Positions 38,671-49,600 of a stretch of 57,319 nucleotides of DNA are shown here, one piece after another (within the stretch, counting starts at the first letter, position 1; each line of letters opens with the position of its first letter). The DNA is from Macrostomum lignano. Taxonomy: Eukaryota. The notes under the pieces are model-generated. The model did no database searches and was not told the DNA's origin. It was given only the letters and a program-made list of their open reading frames with translations. The stretch spans positions 1-57,319 of the forward strand of contig NIVC01004163.1 in assembly GCA_002269645.1 (NCBI GenBank), read 5' to 3'. Both the position numbers and the translations under genes were made by a program.

Positions 38671-39117
38671 CTGCTAGTAGAGACTCCGATAAGAATTTCT
38701 TTCTCAGCGGGTTCCACACTGCTCAGGCGCTAAAAGTGCAGCTCCTAGGCGGCCATGAGAGAGGAGACTATATAGCTTATGCAGCCTGCGGCATCTGCCA
38801 GCCCATCTTAGACCGGGCAGGCCGGATCGGACTGCAGTGCAGAAGAGAGCAGCTCAGGAAAGTTGCGCTAGAAAGCAGAGCCAGAAAGTATTTTTCAAAT
38901 AATTTTATTCCCGACCAAGCAGCTGATAAAGCCCGACGGGCTCCGACTTTCAAATCTCTGACCCGGGCTAACAGGCAAACAGAACGACTGATAACAGATA
39001 TACGAGCTACATATGTAAGCGCATTGTCTGCGGGTGCTACTGTCAGTAAGCAGATCGGACAGAGCAGATTCAATCAGTTTCAAACTGGAGTCTTCTGCTG
39101 ATAACCCAGACGCAAAG

Positions 39118-40855
39118 TCAGGTTGCCATGGTAGCGGCCCGCCTCAGCGCGCTGGTCACCGGGTGCGGATCTGCGGGCAGCCGTGCCCGCGACCGGCTCA
39201 GCCGCTGCAGCGGTGTCGCCTCCAGCGAAGGCGGGTGGAAGCTGAGGCCCAGCAGCGGGGCGGACGTCGCCGCCTCTGCCGGCCGCCGCAGCAGGCCGAT
39301 GGAGAAGTCGCGCGGCCGCGGCGGCGGCGGTCCGGGCAGCCAGCAAGCGCCGGCGGTCACACCGCGCTGCCGGACGCACTGACGGCCCCGACTGTCGATG
39401 TCAAAATTGTCGCCATCTGGCGAAGTGTCGACCGAGACTTGCGGCAGGGGCTGCGACGAGGCGAAGCGGCGGGTCGCGGACGCGGCGGCGGTGAACGGCG
39501 TCGGGAGCGGCTCCGCTTCGGCCGCCGCTTCCGCCGTGTCGGCTGTCGGCACCAGCGGCTCCGGTGGCTGCCAACCTTGACGTCGACGGCGGCGGGGGCG
39601 CCGTTTTCTCTGCGGCTGCGGCAGAACCAGGGCCGCTGCCAGGGCCGCTGCCAGGAGGGTGCGGAATTCGAGTTTTAGCGAGAGATCCTTTACCCCCCTC
39701 TAACTCACCATCCACCTGCACTCACCCTCACCTGCACTCACCCTCCACCTGCACTCACCCTCCACCTGCACTCACCCTCCACCTGCACTCACCCTCCACC
39801 TGCACTCACCCTCTACCTGCACTCACCCTCCACCTGCACTCACCCTCCACCTGCACTCACCCTCCACCTGCACTCACCCTCTACCTGCACTCACCATCCA
39901 CCTGCACTCACCCTCCACCTGCACTCACCCTCTACCTGCACTCACCCTCCACCTGCACTCACCCTCTACCTGCACTCACCATCCACCTGCACTCACCCTC
40001 CACCTGCACTCACCCTCTACCTGCACTCACCCTCACCTGCACTCACCCTCACCTGCACTCACCCTCCACCTGCACTCACCCTCCACCTGCACTCACCCTC
40101 CACCTGCACTCACCCTCCACCTGTACTCACCCTCCACCTGCACTCACCCTCCACCTGCACTCACCCTCACCTGCACTCACCCTCCACCTGCACTCACCCT
40201 CCACCTGCACTCACCCTCCACCTGCACTCACCCTCCACCTGTACTCACCATCCACCTGCACTCACCCTCCACCTGTACTCACCCTCCACCTGCACTCACC
40301 CTCCACCTGCACTCACCCTCCACCTGTACTCACCCTCCACCTGCACTCACCCTCCACCTGCACTCACCCTCCACCTGCACTTACCCTCCACCTGCACTCA
40401 CCCTCCACCTGTACTCACCCTCCACCTGCACTCACCCTCCACCTGCACTCACCCTCCACCTGCACTCACCCTCCACCTGCACTCACCCTCCACCTGTACT
40501 CACCCTCCACCTGCACTCACCCTCCACCTGCACTCACCCTCCACCTGCACTCACCCTCCACCTGCACTCACCCTCCACCTGCACTCACCCTCCACCTGCA
40601 CTCACCCTCCATCTGTCGCTGCAGTCGCTGCCGCAGCTGGCAAGTTCCCGGCTCATCTTCAGCCGCATCAACAGCGCTCCCGCCGAACAGCGGGCAGACG
40701 AGACCATCAATGTCGGCAAAGCTGACGAAGGCCTCCTGGCGGTGCGCCAGCAGGTCCAGCTCGCTCCCAGCTGCCAGGTGTTGCTCGAGTAGGTGCAGGC
40801 CGCACACCTGCCGCCGCCGGACCAGCTGCCGTACCAGATTCCGCTCTGGCTGCAT
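39118..40855 (-). CDS. Uncharacterised two-exon protein (~259 aa; basic RKRRPRRRRR stretch, Pro/Ala-rich)
   Basis: Exons 40606-40855 and 39118-39647 join in phase 1 (GAG G|CG GCC) via a GTGAGT donor and CAG acceptor; high GC3. 5' end uncertain; family not recognised. Confidence 0.6.
39704..40610. repeat. 17-bp minisatellite (sense GTGAGTGCAGGTGGAGG)
   Basis: ~53 copies filling intron 39648-40605. Confidence 0.97.
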
Positions 40856-41335
40856 CCTGATCACTTTCCACTTTCTGTTCAGACCGCAGAGTCTCTGAGA
40901 ATCTGCTTTCCCAAGCCAGGGTTGAAGGGGCTGCAGCAGCGGAGATCCGGCCGTCCCAGTGCGATTTATAGCTGTTGACTTTCTCTGCGCCTGGCGGAGT
41001 CTCCCAGCTGCCCCTCACGTGAGCACACCGCCATATTTACCCAACAGGCCCAGCAGTCGGGCAGGCAAAAGCCGTGTAGACACCCCCCACCCCCATTGAC
41101 AGCCACTCCTTGCCACCGCTTCCCCTGTGTTTGCCGATGCGCGCGCCCAGCCAGTAATAGACTCTGTGCTCAACAATGCCGCCTGCATGAGTAGCTGCAG
41201 ACTGGGAGGCCATTGCAGGCCTCATCTCATTCATCATTCACTTGCAGAGTCCAAGGCTGGGCCGCGGCAGAACAAGCCAAGGAATTTGCAAATCATGCAA
41301 TTAAGCCTGCATTGCAACTCCGACTGGGTGCACGT

Positions 41336-41516
41336 CAGACACTCATGCCAGTGAGCACCAGACACTCATGCCAGTGAGCACCAGACACTCATGCCAGTGA
41401 GCATCAGACACTCATGCCAGTGAGCACCAGACACTCATGCCAGTGAGCACCAGACACTCATGCCAGTGAGCACCAGACACTCATGCCAGTTAGCATCAGA
41501 CACTCATGCCAGTGAG
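41336..41516. repeat. 23-bp minisatellite (cagacactcatgccagtgagcac)
   Basis: ~8 copies. Confidence 0.93.
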
Positions 41517-41547
41517 CGGGTTGGGTGAGCTGCAGCTACTCCAGAAG

Positions 41548-42198
41548 TGAGCCTCCCTGCCGCACTGGGTCCTGCCCTCCCAGCTGCACTGGGTCCTGCC
41601 CTCCCAGCTGCACTGGGTCCTGCCCTCCCAGCTGCACTGGGTCCTGCCCTCCCAGCTGCACTGGGTCCTGCCCTCCCAGCTGCACTGGGTCCTGCCCTCC
41701 CAGCTGCACTGGGTCCTGCCCTCCCAGCTGCACTGGGTCCTGCCCTCTCTGCTGCACTGGGTCCTGCCCTCCCTGCTGCACTGGGTCCTGCCCTCTCTGC
41801 CGCACTGGGTCCTGCCCTACCTGCTGCACTGGGTCCTGCCCTCCCTGCCGCACTGGGTCCTGCCCTCTCTGCCGCACTGGGTCCTGCCCTACCTGCTGCA
41901 CTGGGTCCTGCCCTCCCTGCCGCACTGGGTCCTGCCCTCCCTGCTGCACTGGGTCCTGCCCCCCTGCCGCACTGGGTCCTGCCCTCCCTGCCGCACAGGG
42001 TCCTGCCCTCCCTGCCGCACTGGGTCCTGCCCTCCCTGCCGCACTGGGTCCTGCCCTCCCTGCCGCACTGGGTCCTGCCCTCCCAGCTGCACTGGGTCCT
42101 GCCCTCCCTGCCGCACTGGGTCCTGCCCTCCCTGCCGCACTGGGTCCTGCCCTCTCCGCCGCACTGGGTCCTGCCCTCCCTGCCGCACTGGGTCCTGC
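41548..42198. repeat. 24-bp minisatellite (cactgggtcctgccctcccagctg)
   Basis: ~27 copies. Confidence 0.95.
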
Positions 42199-43686
42199 CC
42201 CACCAGTTGGCAAAGGTTGAGATAATCGATATTGATCTTTAACGCAAAAAAATCAGGTAAGGCGGAATCCTGATTTGCACTAAATATTGAGTATTACTGA
42301 CTGACATTATTAGTAAAAAGTTCTGGCTAATATATTTGCGTACCCGAGCAGCAGCCGCTGGCCCAGACTGCGGGTGTACAACTGTGAATACTTGGGGTCA
42401 AAATTAGTATAACAAATAGAATTAAAAAACCAGCGAGATTTTCCATGTGCGAGGCTGATGCGGGACTCTTAGGGGGTGAACAGCAGAGACTCCCCAGGCC
42501 TGGTCCTTAGCTAAGAAAAAACGGTGACAAAAAAGGTCAGAACTAACAAACAGGTCTCAAGTTAATATCTGATCTATCTGATCTGATCTATGATCTATCG
42601 CAGCAGTATGTCCTGTCACTGACAAGTACAGCAGTCAGTGCTCAGTAACTGTGAGCTGTTAGTGCTTGAAAACAGGGCTAGGCATATGGGCAGCAGGCAC
42701 TAACAGTGAGCGACACGCATTTGCAGTAAGGCTGAAGCTGGGGGCCGAATGCGGTGAAATATATCAGTTGCTAAAGCCGGCTTTCAAAGTAAAACAACAA
42801 AATGAAAACAAACAAAACTCAAATCACAGGCCGAAACGGTAAAGGACAAGGCTGGGGGTTCTCCGAGGCACTTGGGTTCGCTTCTCAATATCTATCAATA
42901 GCGGGCACAGGTGTACAGGTGTTCGGATGCGATGGCTAATACTGTGTCGATACAAAAACAAACAGCGAAACAAAAATCGCTGCTCACTACTGCCCAGCAT
43001 ACTGCAGTAATATTATTAGTAAATACTTATACTCGTAATATTTTATCGTAGAAGATTAAATATCGGCAAAAAACGGGCGGACCGACTGCTCGATCCAGCG
43101 GCTGACAGGCCGCATAGCAACCAGTTAGTTGACCTTGGACACCGATTCAGAACCCATTACAGGTGGCTATAATTAGCAGCATTACTTTGGTTGCTAAGCG
43201 GTTGCCAGGCAGTCGAAAGCGGTCAGCAAGCGCGCGAATTGATCCAAAAAAGCAGAATATCAAAATTAATGTCGCCAGGTCAGCCAGGTGGGGGGCATGC
43301 AGAAGTGACGGCCAGGTGAGATTACTGACAAATAAAAGTCAGGGAAAGAAGCTGAGGATGCCGGATGGAGATGAGGGCCGGGCGGGCAGCTGAGCTCGCA
43401 GCGGTGAAAGCAGAAAAAAGCAGCAGAACACGCAGTCCGTGGTGTCGGTACAGGCAAAAAACTTCAGCTAATAAAAGAAGCAACACAGTCGAAAGCGTTC
43501 GCAGATTGCGGGAAGAACAGTCGCTGATGAAGGGAGGCGCGGATGCTGGGGGAAGGCCGGACTTAGCTAGTTATTGTCACTAGATATTGATAGATTGGAT
43601 TTATCTCTAAATATAGACTTACAGAGCAGTAAGCTGATAAAATCGCTAGCAAGTGAGTTCACACAGAGTCCGCGGGATCACAGAGA

Positions 43687-46600
43687 TCACGTGACATTAA
43701 TGCGGAAGGGCGAGCCGGGCACGTGCTCGTCGCCCCACTTGATGGTGAGCAGGTGCACGCCGGGCGAGGTGACCTGGTAGCGCACCGTGTAGCGGCCGGC
43801 GCTCTCGTGCTGCACCCGGACACTGTCCGAGCTGTCGGCCGGGCCCAGGATGCCCACCAGCAGCATGTCGTAGCCGGCCCGGCTGGCGTCCACCGAGAAG
43901 CTCATCTCCTGGTTGGCCACGGCCTGGCGCAGGGCGTCGCCGCGGCAGATGACCCGCTCGGGGTAGGCGGCCTGCTTCGGCCGCGTCTCCACCAGCAGGG
44001 CGGAGTGGGCGAGCAGCTCCGACTCCTCGGCCGACGGCTCCGCCTCGCCGGTCACGTGGGCGGTGAACGGGGAGCCTGAGGGGGGAGGGGCGGGGCTTGT
44101 AGCTATGAGTAGAATGGATAACTGGGGAGTAGAACAGGAGACTGGGGAGTAGAACAGGAGACTGGGGAGTAGAACAGGAGACTGGGCAGTAGAACGGGAG
44201 ACTGGGGAGTAGAACGGGAGACTGGGGAGTAGAACAGGAGACTGGGGAGTAGAACAAGAGACTGGGGAGTAGAACGGGAGACTGGGGAGTAGAACGGTAG
44301 ACTGGGGAGTAGAACAGGAGACTGGGGAGTAGAACAGGAGACTGGGGAGTAGAACGGGAGACTGGGGAGTAGAACGGGAGACTGGGGAGTAGAACAGGAG
44401 ACTGGGGAGTAGAACAGGAGACTGGGGAGTAGAACGGGAGACTGGGGAGTAGAACGGGAGACTGGGGAGTAGAACAGGAGACTGGGGAGTAGAACAGGAG
44501 ACTGGGGAGTAGAACAGGAGACTGGGGAGTAGAACAGGAGACTGGGGAGTAGAACGGTAGACTGGGGAGTAGAACAGGAGATTGGGGAGTAGAACGGTAG
44601 ACTGAGGAGTAGAACAGGAGCAGACGCGGACCGCAGCAGTCAGGCTCAAGGCACTCACCGACGATGTGGAAGTTGCCGCCGTATTTGATGGTGATGACGT
44701 ACTCGCCCGGCGCGGAGGGCAGGTAGGTGAACTCGTAGCCGTTCTCGCGCTCGTGGCAGTTCAGCTGCACTTTGCTGGGCCCGTCCACCGTGACGGCGAG
44801 GGCGCCGCTGCCCGCGTTGGCCGTGTGCACCAGGAACTTGGCCCGCTGGCCGACCCGGCCGCGGTGCAGGCCTTCGCCCTCCGCCCGGACAGCGCCGGGG
44901 TCGGCGGCCCCGGCAGCCAGCGACCCGGACACCAGGATGCGGAACGGCGAGCCCTCGGCTCCGGGCACCTCCACCATGTGCGAGCCGGTCTCCTTCGGCG
45001 TGAATCGAACCACGGCCTGGTCCGTGCCGGGGATCTCCTGCACCGGCGCCTCCGTGCGGGCACCCGACGGCGCCGTGATCACTGCGACGGTGTTCGGTGG
45101 CACGCCGCGCAGGGTGAGCGCCGCCGGCTGGCCGACGCCCTCGAACGGGGAGGTGCCGGCGCCGCCGCGCGAAGTGGCGCCGCCGCCGGTGACGGGGACG
45201 TGGAAAGGCGAGCCGGTCACGTGACGGCCATCGAATTTCACGGAGACGGTGTAGTCGCCGGGCTCCGGCACCGTCCAGTTGACCGCGCACCAGCCGTCAC
45301 GTCGGTCCTGGAAGTTGATCTCGGCCTTGGCGGGGCCCTCCACGGCGATGGCCAGGCCGCCGGCGCCGGCCTCCCTGGTGTAGATGCCGAACTCGTTCGG
45401 CCGGCCGGCCTGGCCCCGCTCGATGCCGTTGCCGGCTACGCGGACGCCCTTGGCGCCGAGGCCGCCGCCGGCCAGCGGGCCGACCGTGAACTGGAAGGGC
45501 GAGCCGGGCACGTGGACGCCGCGGTGCTGAACGGCCACCGCGTGGACGCCGGCCTCGCGCGGCACGAACCGGACAGCGTACTGGCACTCGTCCAGGTCGA
45601 CAATCTCGGCCGCCTCCTCCAGGCCGCTGGGCGCGGTGACGTTCGCCGACATGTCGAACGGGTTGGTGCCGGGGATGCGCAGCGACAGCTCGCACTCGCT
45701 GCCGACGTGGGTGGCGCTGGCCTCCTCGGCCGGGCCGGTGACCTCCGCCTTGCCGGCGGACACGCCGGTGCCGCCCACCCGCACAGTGAAGGGGCTGCCG
45801 GGCACGTGCTGCTCAGCGTAGCGCACGCTCACCAGGTAGGTGCCCGGCTCCGTGGGGGTGAACGTGACCAAGCAGGTGCCGTCCTGGTTGTCGTGGCACT
45901 CGATGTCCGCCTTACTGGGGCCCTCGACGCTGAGCGACAGGCCGCCGTAGCCAGCCTTGCGGGTGTCCACCTGCGGTCAGGTTGGGGGAGAATTTTATGA
46001 GACAGTGGCTCAGCTGAATGAACATAAAGTCACGTTTCATGAAATTTGACAAGAAACTCACTCCAACAAGATTTATTTGACCTGATTTGACCCCAGCGGT
46101 TTATTTGACCTGATTTGACCCCAGCGGTTAATTTGACCTGATTTGACCTCAGAAGTTTATTTGCCCTAATTTGACCCCAGACGTTTATTTGCTTTTTTTA
46201 CCCCCAGCTGTTTAATTGACCTTATTTGACCCCGGCACTCACAGTAAAGGCGTTGGCCTGTCCGGCCATGCCCTCCTCGAGGCCGCGGCCGGACACCCGG
46301 ACGCGTTGAGCGTCGCCAATGTCGCTTTCGGACACGTCGATGCGGAACGGCGAGTTAGGGATGTGCCGGCCGGCTCGGTTGACTCCGACCTGATGCTCGC
46401 CCACCTGCTTGGGCGTGAAGGATATGCCCAGATGGCCGTTCGGCAGTCGTTTCAGCACGCACGGCTCCTCTATGCCGTCTGGTCCGGTGATGCTGGCCGT
46501 CAGACCTGCGGGAGAGGGGATAAGATGCGAATGTACTTTGATTATTAAGAGTGCACGTGTACTTTAGCGACTAAGAGGGTACGTGTACTTTAATGCATTA

Positions 46601-49600
46601 GAAGAGTGACAGTTAACCCAATACACCCTCTCATTGCATAATAGTATCAGACTTACCGCTAATGTCGGTCTCTGTGATCTTCAGCGGGATTTCGTTGGCT
46701 TGACCAACCGAGACTTCAGCCCGGCGGCGCGGCTCCCCAGTGATTCGGGCCGTGAACGGCGAGCCAGGGATGTGGCGCTCCATGAACTTCACCACAATGG
46801 TGTAGTCACCAGGCGCCAGGGGCAGGTAGTTCACCGAGCAGGTGCCGTCTTTGTTATCGTTGCAGTTAATCTCGGCGCGCGAGGGACCTTCGATGGCCAG
46901 GGCCAGGCCGCCTGCGGATGCGGAGAGGAATCAGGTGTTAGCCGAGTTCTGCACTGAGGGCTTGAGGATCTCAGAGTGTCGGTTGATCAACTTGAGGATC
47001 TGGGAGTGTCGGTTGATCAACTTGAGGATCTGGGAGTGTCGGTTGATCAACTTGAGGATCTGGGAGTGTCGGTTGATCAACTTGAGGATCTGGGAGTGTC
47101 GGTTGATCAACTTGAGGATTTGGGAGTGTCGGTTGATCAACTTGAGGATCTGGGAGTGTCGGTTGATCAACTTGAGGATCTGGGAGTGTCGGTTGATCAA
47201 CTTGAGGATCTGGGAGTGTCGGTTGATCAACTTGAGGATCTGGGAGTGTCAGTTGATCAACTTGAGGATCTGGGAGTGTCGGTTGATCAACTTGAGGATC
47301 TGGGAGTGTCGGTTGATCAACTTGAGGATCTGGGAGTGTCAGTTGATCAACTTGAGGATCTGGGAGTGTCAGTTGATCAACTTGAGGATCTGGGGTGTCA
47401 GTTGACCAACTTGAGAATCTGTGAGCTGGGTGTTCAACATGAGGATTTTAAGGTAAATTTGGTTAGAATAAAAAAACGGCGCTTACTCGGTAAAATCACT
47501 GGAATCACGGTGGAATCAGTGAATTCGGGGCGGGGGTCTGAGCAGTGTGAACTGGAGTCCGATTAGACTTACTAATCCAATAGTCTCTTCATTATCAATA
47601 AACCAATTAAAATTGATCGCCAGGTAGATAAGCAATTATAGAAGACGCAATTAAAGGTAATAAAAAAGTCGCAGCTGACACCGATCAAAGGTAAAATCAC
47701 CAAAATACACTAAATTGGCCCTCAAATATTTAGAATCGGAGAGGATCGTGAAGAGGGAATTGCCGGTTACCCAGAGTGGCCCAGCAATGAAAACAGGAGC
47801 ACCGATCTGATCACAATTGAGCATAATCATTGATTGACAGGTCACGTACGCTTGCGAACCCGCACATGCAGGTGCAGCACCGCCACCGTGAATGGGTAGC
47901 GGCGCTTGCAGCTCAGGCTGCGGCCGCAGCGGCTGCTCGGCAGGCCCTTGGCTTCACGGGAGAGCGGGTGAGAACAGATAGAGGGACGGCGGGCGGAGGG
48001 AGGCAGTTAACTACGGCTGCTCCGCATGCGAGCTGCGCGGTGCTTCATCATGCGTCAGTGCTGGGCCTCATGAGCATCAGTTATGGCATGCAGAGGGCTT
48101 TAGAGTTTCTAAAATGCGACAGGCTGCTATCTGAGGCTGTTTGGTCACGTGACTATTGGCTACTAACTGAGGCTGTTTGGTCACGTGACTATTGGCTACT
48201 AATCTGAAGCTGTTTGAGTCACATGACTATTGGCTACTAACTGAGGCTGTTTGGTCACATGACTATTGGCTACTAACTGAGGCTGTTTGGTCACGTGACC
48301 ATTGGCTACTAACTGAGGCTGTTTGGTCACATGACTATTGGCTACTAACTGAGGCTGTTTGGTCACGTGACTGTTGGCTACTAATCTGAAGCTGTTTGGT
48401 CACGTGACTATTGGCTACTATCTGAAGCTGTTTGGTCACATGACTATTGGCTACTAACTGAGGCTGTTTGGTCACGTGACTATTGGCTACTAATCTGAGG
48501 CTGTTTGATCACGTGACTATTGGCTACTAATCTGAAGCTGTTTTAGTCACGTGACTATTGGCTACTAATCTGAGGCTGTTTGGGTCACGTGACTATTGGC
48601 TATTACCCGGTGCTGCTAGGTCACGTGACTATTGGCTACTAATCTGAGGCTGTTTGGGTCACGTGACTATAGACTACTAACTGAGGCTGTTTGATCACGT
48701 GACTATTGGCTACTAATCTGAAGCTGTTTGAGTCATCACGTGACTATTGGCTACTAATTTGAGGCTGTTTGATCACGTGACTATTGGCTATTACCCGGTG
48801 CTGCTAGGTCACGTGACTATTGGCTACTAATCTGAGGCTGTTTGGGTCACGTGACTATAGACTACTAACTGAGGCTGTTTGATCACGTGACTATTGGCTA
48901 CTAACTGAGGCTGTTTGGTCACGTGACTATTGGCTACTAATTTGAGGCTGTTTGATCACGTGACTATTGGCTACTAATCTGAGGCTGTTTGGTCACGTGA
49001 CTATTGGCTACTAATCTGAGGCTGTTTGATCACGTGACTATTGGCTATTACCCGGTGCTGCTTGGTCACGTGACTATTTTCTGCAGCTAATCGCAAAGCG
49101 CCCGAAAGTAATTATCAGATGAACTAATATTTGCGATACGAAATGTTTATAGTAAGTGTCACGGCCCCAGTGGCAATCCGATCAGAGAGCAGCTGGCATA
49201 ATGAAGCAGTTAATAACTGGTGCCGGAATAATTTAAAGCAATTTAGCAACAATCTATTAGATCTTATTGAACTCTGTGTGCTGTTGAAGCTGCGGTCTGC
49301 AGTGACTGCAACAGGCATCATCAGTGCAAAAGCGCAGCCCGTCTTCGCCTTACTAAAATTCCGTCCATAGCCTACTACTAGAATAAGAATGCCTGGAAAA
49401 TCAGAAAGGTTTTGTTAGACAACATAAATACCAAGCCATCGCATTCTACTACTCAGTTTGTGCCACTTAGTAGAGCATAAAGATTATAACGCATGTTAGA
49501 TGAATGAAATACTCAACAAGCAGCCAGTGTGTAAACAAAAGCTGAAATGCAGGCAAATTAAATAATGATGAGCAATGGAAGGTGAAGCTGCCATCTCTCA

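Noticed and set aside
45100-45200. Vertebrate filamin A-to-I Q/R editing site in repeat 22
   Set aside because: The SLQ|ESG context and the adjacent intron are absent here.
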